Assembly: GCF_006345805.1 (NCBI RefSeq)
Contig: NC_043009.1
Location: 27,218,001 to 27,282,000 of the forward strand
Source: Octopus sinensis
Lineage: Eukaryota
DNA length: 64,000 nucleotides
Reading direction: 5' to 3'
Shown piece after piece: positions 11,871 to 36,222 of this stretch; the stretch's first letter is position 1; the number at the start of each line of letters is the position of its first letter. The notes beneath the pieces are model-generated. The model did not search any database, was not told where the DNA came from, and worked only from the letters and a program-made list of their open reading frames with translations. The position numbers and the translations under genes were made by a program.

Positions 11871-11946
11871 TAATTTTATTATACTATAACTTGCCCATTA
11901 TGTTGTACGTACTATTCGAATATTTATATATATATTCATATTTCAG

Positions 11947-12261
11947 ATATTTCAGATAAAGATATTACAAAGCTTTTCGAAGAATGTTTAATATTTGGGC
12001 CTTATCAGCGCTGGTTCTACCTCTGTATTGTTATTATATGGAGTTTTTCATCCATGCCGGCTATGAATCTCACATTCAACAGTGCCGATGTTCCCTTCTT
12101 ATGTTACCCACCAAACTTTAATATTTCGTTGATTCCTGCAAATCTTACTGAGAATGAATATCTACAAATGCTTCAACCAGACGGCGACGATCAATGTTCT
12201 CTATATAACAATAGCTTCACTGGGACACATTATACAACACCACCAAGTAATTCATCTAAAC
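11947..12261 (+). pseudogene. SLC22 copy A exon 2, 3'-truncated (donor deleted)
   Basis: In frame ISDKDITK..GPYQRW..CYPPNF..QCS; homology to other copies ends after AATTCATCTAAAC. Confidence 0.9.
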
Positions 12262-12282
12262 AAAAGAATAAATATCCTTGTG

Positions 12283-12331
<49 letters not shown>

Positions 12332-12485
12332 GTGTGTATGTGTGTGTGCGTATATGTGTGTGCGTGCATTTGTGTTCGTATATACTGAATAATATACCTT
12401 TAAATAATTTTCTAATATGTACAATTGGTTAATCGAATCCAAATAGAAATAACTCTATTCTAATCTATATTATTTTTGTTTTCAG

Positions 12486-12699
12486 AATAAACGGTTTAGG
12501 CATAAGTTCAGTGTCTGCCCGCATCGGTGGTGTGATTGCACCCTTTATACTTCAACTCTCGTCCTACGTCAAATGGCTTCCCCTAAGTATTTTCGGCTTT
12601 TTGTCAGTGATGGCTGGATCATTGTTGCTCTTACTACCAGAAACGAAGCACAGAAACTTACCTGAGACACTTGAAGATTTGGACAGTTGGAAAACCTAA
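12486..12699 (+). pseudogene. SLC22 copy A last exon (TM11-12), intact frame
   Basis: 214 nt as in B and C; NGLG..SARIGGVIAPF..LLPETK..LPETLED; AATAAA at 12806. Confidence 0.9.
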
Positions 12700-13129
12700 T
12701 ACTGTGGTAAAACAAGTAGTTTCTCCGACAAAGAGATGAATATTTTATTCCACTGACTATATTGGAGAATTTCAGTTTTAAAATTTCTCAGCTCTTATAT
12801 TTTACAATAAATAATTTCGGAAACTAAAAATGATTTTATCTAAATTTTATATATCTCGTTTTGTTTAGTTCCAAGTAGCAGATAATCACTTGTTATATTG
12901 TCACGTTTTTAAGTTATATATTCTAGTCAAATGATTCAGATACCTTTTTACTCCTGATAACCCACACAAATATTTATAGATATGACAGGAGGTAAAAAAG
13001 CAGTTTGAATGTGGAACCAGCGAGTTCTGTAACGCGTAATAACGTAAATGTGCTCAGTTTTTGTCTATTGATAGGATGAGTGATTCATTTTGGGTATTGA
13101 GTGGATGTCGTTATTTGGATTACCGTAAT

Positions 13130-13455
13130 ATAGAGATTTCATATCTCTAACGAACAGACGTTTACAGGGTCCAGAAACGAAAGAGAAGACCAATAAGTGG
13201 AGGTTATGTTTGGTGACCTTCGGGTAAGATTTCACTGAAAGAGTGAAAGTTACTGTTACATGGGAATACGGTTGGTGTGTCTGTGGTGATGGGATTATGA
13301 ATTTTAGGTCGGAAGTAGATGATTGAAGTTAGTAATGTTTTTAATGTGACATTGATGGCTGAAGATAGAAGGGAGAAAACGATGAGTTGTTCGACAATTG
13401 TGGAAACAAGGCGTTGCTTTAGAAATCTGCTTCTTTTAGACAAAATACACCAAAA
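13130..13455 (-). mobile_element. Penelope-like fragment (post-RT region)
   Basis: ORF 13204-13506 RFLKQRLVSTIVEQLIVFS..RPKIHNPITT; composition like 49500-49900. Confidence 0.4.
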
Positions 13456-13539
13456 TGTACACACACACACACATACACACACACACAAACACACACACAT
13501 ACACACATATATATATGTATGTATTTGTGTATGTATGTA

Positions 13540-13575
<36 letters not shown>

Positions 13576-14730
13576 AACTTTATATACACTTATTCCTTGC
13601 TAAAGATACGCAAGATTTATTATTTTTAATTCTTCATATCCCTCCGTGCATTGATAGTGGTGAAAAAGAAACATCAATCCGGAATTGAAAACACATATGA
13701 CTTCAGGAAATCTCTGTACATTCACCATATTGAGCCATACCCGGTGCACACACATTTGATTATAGAAACAACTCCAGTAATTAATACTATAGAAGTTAAG
13801 CTAATCTCCAGGTAGTTATTCGTTTCTTACTTACTCTGGGGAGACAAAATACTCACCTACATATGTTGCCATGGACCTTTGTAATCAAAATGTAAATAGC
13901 CAATCGTTTCATTAAATTTAATATTGAAAATAGTGTTATATTTTCCAAAAAATTCAGCTCAGATTTCAAATGAATAAAATCATTGAGAAACGGTGTTCAT
14001 GAAATAACCACATTCACCAGAAACACAAAATTAATGACAAGAAATCAACAGATCTGATCTTATAAGATAGAAATGAAGCTTTCGATAACGTAGTCCAAGA
14101 CACTCAAATTAAATCTGTATAGCATTTTGAAATTCCCACCTGTCTTTGTAACTGGTTTGTCTGCATTGTCACTCATCGTAGTGCAAGATAGATTCTTGGA
14201 AATTATAAAAGGCAAAGAACATACTTTTCCAATGTCTTTCACAGAGATCTCCAGTTTCGACCATTCCATTTCTATTTTACACATCAAACTTGTTTAATTC
14301 ATCTTACATCATCGTCAATGAAAGTTATGTACGTCCCTGTCAACTGCAGTTAAATGGTTAAATCTAAATGATCAGATATTAAATCTACTTAACGTACAGC
14401 TGATTCATTTCCGTAACTCAGATGTTAAGGGAAACGGCAAAGCTGGAGAATTAGCAAAAGAGGGAACACAAAAAGAAAGAAGATAAACTACTACGTTGCA
14501 AATCTTTCACAAGTCAAATGGAATATTCCATATACACGGCGTAGTACCAAAAATAACAAGATGGACTTTACTGGTCAGATTGTTGTTTCAGTTTGCTTTT
14601 TCGTAACACCAATGAAATGATGTATCACACAAGTAATTTTATATTCAATATTTCTATCTACAATATAATTTTATTGAGCAACAAAATCTTATTAAGAAAT
14701 ATTTTCATTTTGATATTTATATAATTATTA

Positions 14731-15228
14731 GGATCTCTTCGGTTTGAACGGCAGTTTTTAACATAATTTCTAGGTAACTAAACATTTATAAACTTCGTAT
14801 ACTGGTAGAATGTGTTTATAGAACATCTTTTTCTCTTGGCTTTACTGAGAAAGTTCTATAGTTTGTAAGATGTTTGTTGTTTTTTCCTTCAATTTCTGCA
14901 ATTTTAACCCATCACTGACGTCTATTGCGGTAAAAAACATTATGTGCCGTATGAATATGTCCCTCGTTAAGAAACAGATTGGGTTTATTTACATTTGTGA
15001 AGAAAGAAGGATATCCTCCCCCACCCCTAACCCTAACCTTAACTAACCCTAACCCTAAAACAGATTGAAATGCAATATATGATTTTGATTTGATTTGATT
15101 TTTCCAGTTTCAGCTTATGAGCTGTGGCCATGCTGGGGCACCGCCATATCGATACTAGGGTCATAATTATGGGTGACAATTTCATATGACACCACTAGAA
15201 AAAACTGCCATTCAAACCGAAAAGATCC
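14731..15228. mobile_element. Non-autonomous DNA transposon (MULE-like MITE) with internal (CCCTAA)n
   Basis: 28-bp TIRs (2 mismatches) at 14731-58 and 15201-28; 9-bp TSD TAATTATTA at 14722-30 and 15229-37. Confidence 0.8.
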
Positions 15229-15290
15229 TAATTATTATTATTATAAGATATACATTACTTGGCTTGTATTATTAACCTTTCTTGTTTCAG

Positions 15291-15665
15291 AGATATCAGA
15301 TAAAGATATTACACACATTTTAGGAAGATGTGGTAGTTTTGGACCGTATGAGCGCTAGTTGTTAGCTTATAATTTTATTAAATGGATGTTATCAGGATTT
15401 CCGGGACTGAATTTGACATTCCTCAGTGCCGATGTTTGCTCGTTATGCTACGCTCCAAACTTTTAATGTTTCATTAATCCCAGCAAATCTTACAGAGAAT
15501 GCATATTTACAAATGCTTCAACCAGACGACGACGATCAATGTTCTGTATATAACAATAGTTTCACTGGGACATATTATACAACACCACCAAGTAATTCAT
15601 CTAAACTACAGTGTTCTTATGGACGGAAATTTCTGACGGAGGAGTTTTCTACAATTGAAAGCGAG
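15291..15665 (+). pseudogene. SLC22 copy A' exon 2
   Basis: 375 nt versus 374; TGG>TAG at 15356-58 and a +1 frameshift; intron-1-like sequence at 13620-13870. Confidence 0.92.
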
Positions 15666-16544
15666 GTGAGTGAGTGAGTGAGCTAAATGCAGTAAAACAA
15701 TATATGTAGGGGTGGGGGGCATTGGTAGTGCAGTGGCTAATTCTTTATTTAGCACTTTCATCCATTGACGAGGATTATTCAAAATAAATTTTATAGAAAA
15801 TTTTTTGGCTTTTATACAAATGGGGGGAAGGAGGGATGAAAGAGAAAAGAGATAGGAAGTGAGGAGAGGAGGAGAGAGAGGAAGACAGAGAGGACAAAAG
15901 AGAAAGCAGAAACGAAGAATGTATTTGAGATGGTCTATGGGGAACAGGTAGAGATAATGCTTAATGACATTTGAAGATGTCAATTTCGTTTTTTAAAGAA
16001 AGGGAGAAAAAAAGTCAGAAAGAAGCACAAGAGGGAAAGAGAAAGAAAGAGAAAGAAAGAGTTCTCTCTTTTGCTTCTTCCTGTCTTCATTTGTGTTCAC
16101 ATATATCTAACGTTTTTTAAAATTTATTATTACGTTTTCCTCATCACTTAGTAACTCTTATTTTATCTTCCTCGCTTACTAATGTATACCACCCATCTTT
16201 GTCTGTCTGTTTGTTTGTTTGTCTGTATGTGTCTCTCTGTCTGCCTCTCTCACTCACTCACTCTCTCTCTCTCACTCTCTCACTTTCATTTGCACATAAA
16301 CAATACGTAAATATATTAACTCACTCTTGTAGTCTTTTGCTAGTATCACGTTTCAATTACGGATGCACATTTTCATTGTTGCCCGAACATGAAACCCGAT
16401 TGTTACATACCTTCATCTTAACGCGGTTAAAGATCTTCTCTGTTATGAGACCTTGTCATAGACAAAGCGTAAAAAACATTTTTCGAAATACGTTACGTAA
16501 TTGTGTAATTCTAGCGCTCAGTTTTTGCTCCTATATTTATTAAC

Positions 16545-16915
16545 AATATGGTTCCGGATCAGTCCCACTGCGTGGCACCTTGGACAAGTGTCTTCTACTA
16601 TCAGCTTCGGACGGACCAAAACCTTGTGAGTGGATTTGATAGACGGAAACTGAAAGAATCCCGTCGTATATATATGTATATATTTATGTATGTGTGTGAA
16701 TGGGTTTGTGTGTCTGTGTTTGTCCCCCCACCAACATCGCTTGACAACCGATGCTGGTGTGTTTACGTCCCCGTAACTTAACGGTTCAGTAAAAAGGTGA
16801 CCGATAGAATAAGTACTTGGCTTACAAAGAATAAGTCTTGGGGTCGATTTGCTCGACTAAAGGCGGTGCTCCAGCATGGCCATAGTCATATGACTGAAAC
16901 AAATAAAAGAGTAAA
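16545..16915 (+). mobile_element. tRNA-derived SINE family 2
   Basis: Matches 7957-8400; absent from paralogous site near 41762. Confidence 0.9.
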
Positions 16916-16966
16916 CCCTTTTAAATTTCTTTTAAAATATTTTTAGCATGTCTGATTTCCATATAG

Positions 16967-17109
16967 ATTTTTATTGCTTGCAAATACATGCTTCGCCGTT
17001 TGCTGAGTTACCAAAATTTTCATACCATCTCTGATAATTTTTTTCCCAATTCTTTATTGGATTCAGGCTTCTGGTAATATCGGCATACTATTTAGAAGTT
17101 ATACATAGA
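16967..17109 (+). pseudogene. SLC22 copy A' exon 4, decayed
   Basis: Paralog of 41816-41972 with the GGTCGG motif deleted; donor reads ATAAGT. Confidence 0.8.
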
Positions 17110-17204
17110 ATAAGTTACTCTCACATACATACATACATACATACATACATACATACATACATACATACATACATACATACATACATACATACATACATAC
17201 ATAC

Positions 17205-17625
17205 GTAGATATCCGTCGGACAAAGAAATAACCCACAGTGTAGTAGAAGCTATAGCCACTCCTGATATAAAGGAATACTGGTGGAATACCTCAATAGAAC
17301 GTAAATACAACAGACCAGATATAGTGATTTTGCGATAGGGAAGAGAAATTGTGCACAGTTGTGGAAATTAGCTGCTCAACGGATGTTAATATAAAGCTGA
17401 AGATTAGTGAAAAAGAAAATACTTGTGCTGAGCTATTGAGAAACCTGCAGTTACTCTACCCAGATTACAAGTTCAGGTTTATACCTGTAATTATTGGGGA
17501 ACTGGGATTTATAACACACTGTCTAGATACAAATCTTGATAAATTAGGCTTCTCAAAACCAGAAAGGAGAAAGCTAATTTGAAGACTACAGATCCAATCC
17601 ATCACTGGAACTCTAAATAGTTTGT
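17205..17625 (+). mobile_element. R4/Dong-type REL fragment directly after (CATA)n
   Basis: YNRPDIVI..VVEISCS..EKE..FIPVIIGELG..LDKLGFS. Confidence 0.8.
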
Positions 17626-18062
17626 TTTCTTTCTCAATTGAGACTATGTCTGGCTTCCTATTCTGTATTCCATGGTCATACTGAATCATAAAATCCCACA
17701 GAATCTTTGCATTATCATTTTCCATGATGCCTTCGGGTTTATGGTCGTGCCAATTTTTTGCTCTGTCAAGTCCATACTTGTGCAAAGTGTCCTTGCTATA
17801 TTGTCGTGGCGTCTCTTATATTCCTTCTGCGCTAGTGGCGTATACTGCCTCGTAATATGCCATACGGTTTCACCATTTTGTCCACAGATTCTGTACTTAT
17901 CACTTTCTGATGTGTTGTCTATTCTGTATTTTATGTAATTTGTTTTTAGTGCTTGCTCTTGGGCAGCAAAGATTAAAGCCTCCGTTTCCGGTTTTAAATC
18001 CCTTTTAGTCATCCACAGCCATCTATTTTCTCTGACTGTCTCATCTTCAACATCCCTATGAA
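17625..18062 (-). mobile_element. Dong/R4 fragment, tail-to-tail with previous element
   Basis: ORFs 17686-18081 and 17465-17785: ETEALIFAAQEQAL, KRRHDNIA, KILWDFMIQ, NRKPDIV; (TAA/TGA)n at its 5' side. Confidence 0.85.
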
Positions 18063-18779
18063 TCATCATCATCATCATCATTATTATTATTATTATTGTT
18101 ATTATTATTATTGATTGGAATTCTCTAGGAAACCTATATCATTACGGTAATATATTAGAATCATCTAACGGAATATGTCTCTGAATTCTTATCTTATTAG
18201 AATTATTTTGGGATTTATATACTAACCTTTGAATAACCTCTTTTGAATACCTAACTGTAAGCAAACCGGTAAACTATCGTAGAAACCACCTACTAATTAC
18301 CAAAATAATTATTATTGTTATTCACCGAGCTAACAAAATGCCTGATTGGAGAAGATAAGTGTTGAAGAATCCTTGAAAGATATTTCACTACCACCGAAGA
18401 AAGAATATCTTAAATACCACACACGCGCACACACACATATATATACATATATAAATATATATATATATGTATATATTATGCATGTATGTACTTATGTCTG
18501 TGTGTGAGTGCATCTGGAACTTAAAAGGGGATTTATAAAGTTTTACTGATCATCTTGTAAAATCATGTGATATAAATTCTCGAAAGGTCATAAATACACG
18601 CCGATACAGACATTCACAAGCATAGATTATACATGCATATAATCACAGACAGGTCTACATATAAAGCTTACACATATTTTGCGCGCACATATTTTGCAGA
18701 TTTCATAAGAAATTTGAAACCACTGTCACCGAGGCAGCAAGCGTATATTTAATAATTATAATAAATCTAGAAGACAGGT

Positions 18780-18871
18780 AGAAGCAGAGAAACGAATTAC
18801 TAACACAGTCTGATAGATGAATAGAGAACGTTCAGATAGTTGGTTTTTACTCAGGAACTGAACAGGTAAGT
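18780..18871 (+). other. Candidate non-coding 5' exon and donor of gene B
   Basis: CAG|GTAAGTAAATATTTC (GT at 18866); same motif at 43816 upstream of copy C; 5' boundary unknown. Confidence 0.45.
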
Positions 18872-19072
18872 AAATATTTCTTTGTTTTTGTAGGAATTTC
18901 GTTTTAAGTTGAATGAGTAAAAAATATTACTAAACATGCATGGTATCATTGAGAAAAGTTTTGTCAAATCCACCTTTATTTAAATACAGCTACATTTGTA
19001 TCAACACATATAAAAATGCACTCAATCAGACACACGCACATAAACATGTACGCACAAACGCATATCGGAGGG

Positions 19073-19330
19073 CAGGACGCTGAAAAGTTCCTGGCTTTGA
19101 ATAAAAGAAAACAGAGGCGGATCAGTTAATTATGATTTAATGATTTTATGATTTTATTCAACATATCCACCACTCAGGTTCACTCACTTATTGCAGAAGT
19201 CATTCAACTTTTCTAGCCCCTGTAAAAGAAGTAGGACGGTTGGGACTCCAACCAGGCCTTTCGCAATACCCTTAAAACCAGGAACTTTTCAGCATCCCCT
19301 CCTACATTCGCAGATACATGCTGAAGCAAC
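19073..19330 (-). mobile_element. Mariner transposase 3' end and TIR
   Basis: Minus strand ..WLESQPSYFFYRG..; TIR shared with 11120. Confidence 0.7.
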
Positions 19331-19555
19331 GTTTTTGTCTGAGAGATGTTGAAAATGACAATCTTTATATTCGTAGGTTGTGTTAATCTTTGTTTTTTAG
19401 TGTTAACCTTACACATGACAGAGCCTAATGTTTATTAAGTTTAATCTGTTAATAATGATATCAGCCGTTTTGGATGTTCTGTGCCTTAAAAGGGAGATTA
19501 GCTGAAGCTGCGTTATACTATAATGTTAATGCGCCAAAAACACAAGCACGTATAT

Positions 19556-19621
<66 letters not shown>

Positions 19622-19667
19622 ATATATGTGCACGTCAGTATGTGTATGTGTGTGTGTGTCAATACAT

Positions 19668-19880
19668 TTGGCGAGCTGGCAGAATCGTTAGCACACCGGG
19701 CGAAATATTTTGCGGTATTTTGTCTGCCGCTACGTTCTGAGTTCAGATTCCGCCAAGGTCAACTTCGCCTTTCATCCTTTCGGGGTCGATAAATCAAGGA
19801 CCAGTTGCGTACTGGGCTCGATATAATCGACTGACCCCTTCCCCCAAAATTCCGGGCCTTGTGTCTAGAGTAGAAAAAGA
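19668..19880 (+). mobile_element. SINE family 1
   Basis: Family consensus match. Confidence 0.9.
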
Positions 19881-19979
19881 TATATACGTATATGTATATA
19901 TATACGTATATGTATATATATACATACATACATACATATATACATATATACATATATATATATATATAAATATATATGT

Positions 19980-20010
<31 letters not shown>

Positions 20011-20133
20011 CACCATAATGGATGTCCACATAGTGGTCATCCCTCTTATGTGTATGTAATGTCCTTTTTCTGAATCTTCAGATTTTAATATGCTAGACCG
20101 CTGGTTTTAAATTGATGGATAGATAGATATGTT

Positions 20134-20219
<86 letters not shown>

Positions 20220-20233
20220 CGTGTGTGTGTGTG

Positions 20234-20268
<35 letters not shown>

Positions 20269-20279
20269 ACAGAACGCAG

Positions 20280-20580
20280 CATGTAATGATCAATGGTGTT
20301 CGATCAGGCAGAGGAAAAGTCATCAATGGTGTCCCACAAGGCACTGCATTAGGCACATTCCTGCCCCTTATCTACATATATGACATCATCAGGGTTATCA
20401 AATACAGTAATTTAAAAATTTTCGCGGATGACTCTAAGTTTCTGACGGTTGTCGGCAGGTTGGGAAACCGGACAAATCTTCAATCGGAGATAGTTGCTGT
20501 TAACATGCAACTGTACGAGAACAAGTTTGAATTAATCCACTTTGGTATAGAGGCTGCACTTAAACACATTTTGATAGCAA
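20280..20580 (+). mobile_element. CR1/L2-type LINE RT fragment
   Basis: ORF 20217-20732: GVPQGTALG..IYDI..IFADDSK. Confidence 0.8.
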
Positions 20581-20736
20581 ATATACTTCACGATGTCTTG
20601 CAGCTACTGTTTATACCTCGCTCAGAGATTTATTATATACATACATACATACATACATACGTACATACATACATATATATGTGTGTGTGTGTGTGTGTGT
20701 GTATGTGTGTGTGTGTGCATTTTAAGAGCTAAAAAC

Positions 20737-20774
<38 letters not shown>

Positions 20775-21439
20775 TTATGTATACATACATATTTACATAT
20801 ATATGCATACATACATAAATATATACACAGATGTGTGTGTGTGTGTGTATAGGGTTTTAAGACAAGTTCAAGTCTCATGATTTAGCCCGTCTGCGGCCAA
20901 GCTTTCTGATTGGTTGACTGCCTGAATACGTCATTTGCTTATCAAATGTTTTGGTCACTTGCTTTCGTCCACTTGTAGTCCAGTGCTTTGTTTGCTTGAT
21001 TTTCTGTGCATGTCATTTTGTTTCTCACGTGATTTTGCCTGGCATGTGTCCAGTGTTCTGATTGGTGGGTTCCCATGGATCGTAATTTGCTATTCTGATC
21101 TGACGGTCCGTTGAATGTTTAATAGCGTCATTTCTTTTCTTTTGCGAGGATCTGTTTTAAAATCAAATTACAGTTATTATAATAATCATATATTATAATA
21201 AACGGCACTGCCACTACAACTGTTATTATTGCTGTTGTATCTTTATATGGAGTGAGTGTTTGGGAGAACAGTAACAGGAGTAACAGTAACAGAACAGCAG
21301 CAGATATACGTTACACACAAAAGTTGATGGATTCAGTCTCAACTAAGCAGCTTCGCACGGACTACCAGATGCCTGGTATGCTGACTGAAAATGGAGAAAG
21401 GTTTTGTTTCTGCCATTGTTAAGGTTAATGCAATTTGGG

Positions 21440-21800
21440 TGAGGGAATTTGTCGATTACATTTATTCCAGTACACAACTGGTACTGGTTTAACCGACCAC
21501 GAAAGATTGAATGGCAAAGTCGACCTCGGCGGAATTTGAACTCAGAACGTAGTGATGGGTGAAATACCTATTTCTTTATTACCCACAAGGGGCTAAACAT
21601 AGAGAAGACAAACAAGGACAGACAAACGGATTAAGTCGATTACATCGACCCCAGTGCTTAACTGGTACTTAATTTATCGAACCCGAAAGGATGAAAGGCA
21701 AAGTCGACCTCGGCGGAATTTGAACTCAGAACGTAACGACAGACGAAATACCGCTAAGCATTCCGCCCGGCGTGCTAACATTTCTGCCAGCTCGCCGCCT
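21440..21800 (-). mobile_element. SINE family 1, tandem partial copies
   Basis: Same arrangement as 2865-3226. Confidence 0.88.
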
Positions 21801-22569
21801 TGCTTTATTCGAAATAATATCGGAACTAACTGGTTTAGAATATAATAACAGAAAATATGTCAAAGACTGTAAGACAGCAACTCAATCCCGAGTGGGTGGT
21901 GCACACCAATTCGATAAAAGAAACCTGTCCATGTATACCTGCTAACAATTTCGACTCTCGAATTAAGCAGTGTGTTGGAATTCTGTTATTTTGTTTTAAA
22001 CCAGACGTATTTAATGAGCTTTCTGCAACCAGGGAGAACGAGAATCTTTAGTTTCTTGATTTCCTTTCCGTTTTTTTTTTCTCGTTTCATTCTTTGCACC
22101 GACCCTCTTCATTTTTTCCCCCTATTTTCTTACTGCCCAGCGTCCTTGCATATAAAATAAACATATAACGCATATACAGAGCTTGAAAGATTAATTTAAG
22201 ATGCATGGCGTATTTCATAAATATGCCTGTTCAAGTATCATAAAAAACATTAAACATGAAACTATTGGTAGCTCTTTCGGTTGCGTATTAAAATACCCGT
22301 ATGGTATTTTAATAAATTTGTATGACTATAATTCGTTTAAAGAACCAGGTGCATTTTTAATCCTCTAACTAATTTACCTAGATTTATGCTTGCGTGGAAG
22401 ATAGCTTCAATTTTTATCTTATTCTTGCTAGAAATATACTAGAATTTCTCCATCGAAACTACGATAAAAAGATCCTTCTTTTTGAATATGGCCATATTGT
22501 GAGTAAACGTGAATAATTTTACTATTCTGTTGATAATTTTTCTCTTTTTCTTTTCAAACATTCTCCTAG

Positions 22570-22675
22570 GAGAACAAAAATGCAAATTTGAAGAGAGATT
22601 TCAGAAAACCTGTATTTAGCATGGCTGAATCTATAAAACATCCACTTAAAACGAAAAAAGAATTGGAGGATACTG
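22570..22675 (+). CDS. Duplicated first coding exon 1a (ATG 22621, MAESIKHPLKTKKELEDT, phase 1)
   Basis: Homologous to 23969-24071 including upstream intron; strong pyrimidine tract with TAG acceptor; GT at 22676. Confidence 0.55.
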
Positions 22676-22805
22676 GTACTTATTTTATAGATGCCCATAA
22701 GAGATGAAAGGCAAAGTCAACCTTGGCAGAATTTGAACTCAGAACGTCAAGACTGACGAAAGGTCGTTAAGCTTTTTGCTTGTTGCACTAACGACTATTC
22801 TGCCA
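22672..22805 (-). mobile_element. SINE family 1 fragment abutting exon 1a
   Basis: ACTGGTACTTA..GATGAAAGGCAAAGTC..GAATTTGAACTCAGAACG. Confidence 0.85.
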
Positions 22806-24019
22806 GAATAAAGCTAAAAGGAAGATCAAGTAAATAGTCCTCAAATATTACAAAGTGACAAAAATTTATTGTTCTATCTTTTTGATGTCGGCAGATTTAC
22901 TGTTTTAAGACAGCCACAAGCCGCCTTTATTACATCTTGGTCCATTGTCATAACTTCATTCACGACCCACATGTCCTATCAGCATTTTGTATGTTTATTG
23001 TTATTTTAAGCCGTTATGAGTGTGCAGATGTATATGTATGTCAATATGAGTATATATATATGTATGACTTTTTTTTTTTACTAACATGGTAGAGTCAGGT
23101 AAGCAACTATCTACAGAACCTCTTTGATTTTAATCGATTTGCTTCAGTTATAATAATGTGCGACAATACTGGTTAATAGTAATGTTATGTTTCGTAATTT
23201 TTGTTTTATCGGCTGTGTTGGTTATTTTGCTTTCTCTATTATTTCTAACATTTGAACTCGTAACCTCTTTAAAGCTATTTAACTGATCTCTATGAATTTC
23301 GAACGCGAGAATGAATATTGGATGCTTGGAAAGATTATCTTGCATATCAGAAAGAAGAAAAAGATTTAGACTTTATGTAGAGTTCGTGTTGTCAATTTTG
23401 CGGTCATTCGTACATTCATTTAACAACGTTATTGTCACTAGTTTATTTATATGTACTCTACTGATTTACGAAACGTGAAAATCATTGATCCAAGTCATTT
23501 GACGTAGTACATTAATCGAATTCTCAGGTCTGACTTGAAATTATTTAAAAATATACAGTGTTCGCCATTTTCGTCCTCTAATATAATTTTAAAGTATATT
23601 GGAACTGTCTCGATGGGTAAAATAATTCCATTTACATTGATTTTTGACAAATATTAATTCAAGAGAAGTGATATTATCTCTTGTACTAAAGATACGCATT
23701 CTCCCAGATATGATAACTAACCTTATAATGTATTTATTAATACTGTATATTCTGAACGTTTCATTGAATGCATGATTGATCGTAAAGGATTTTGGAAAGA
23801 AAAAAATCTTTCTTATTCTTGCCAGAAAATCTGAACTTTTAACCCAAAATGACTGATGTCAATGTAATAAACAGCCATATTCTGTATATATCAATATTGT
23901 ATTACCTGAGTAAACGGGGTAATTTTTTTTTCATTTCAATGATTTATCTGTTTGAAGTAATCTTTCAGGTAGAAAAATATTACAAATTTGAAGAGAAATT
24001 TAAAGTATCTGTTTTTACA

Positions 24020-36113
<12,094 letters not shown>

Positions 36114-36216
36114 TAAAGCAACACTTTTACTGGATGGAAAATGAAGTAAAATTTCATGCAAAAGATTATATTGACAAATTTCAGTTTTTAAATATTTATT
36201 ATCTCTGATATTTTAC

Positions 36217-36222
36217 AATAAA
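36217..36222 (+). terminator. Likely polyadenylation signal of gene B
   Basis: AATAAA in the TTTACAATAAA context also conserved in the copy A 3' UTR (12806). Confidence 0.55.

Noticed and set aside
12336-12341. Cryptic GTATGT donor that might splice copy A exon 2 to exon 9 as a mini-transporter
   Set aside because: It is phase 0 while exon 9 needs phase 2, so the product is out of frame
13960-14060. Possible exon 1 of copy A'
   Set aside because: Only faint similarity, ATG followed by immediate stop, and it lies downstream of the intron-1-like block
15025-15057. Telomere or fusion scar
   Set aside because: Short, degenerate and enclosed within a TIR element with TSD
23849-24019. Upstream in-frame extension of exon 1b suggested by ORF 23849-24076
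   Set aside because: Crosses the acceptor at 23967-68; the ATG conserved among paralogs is 24020
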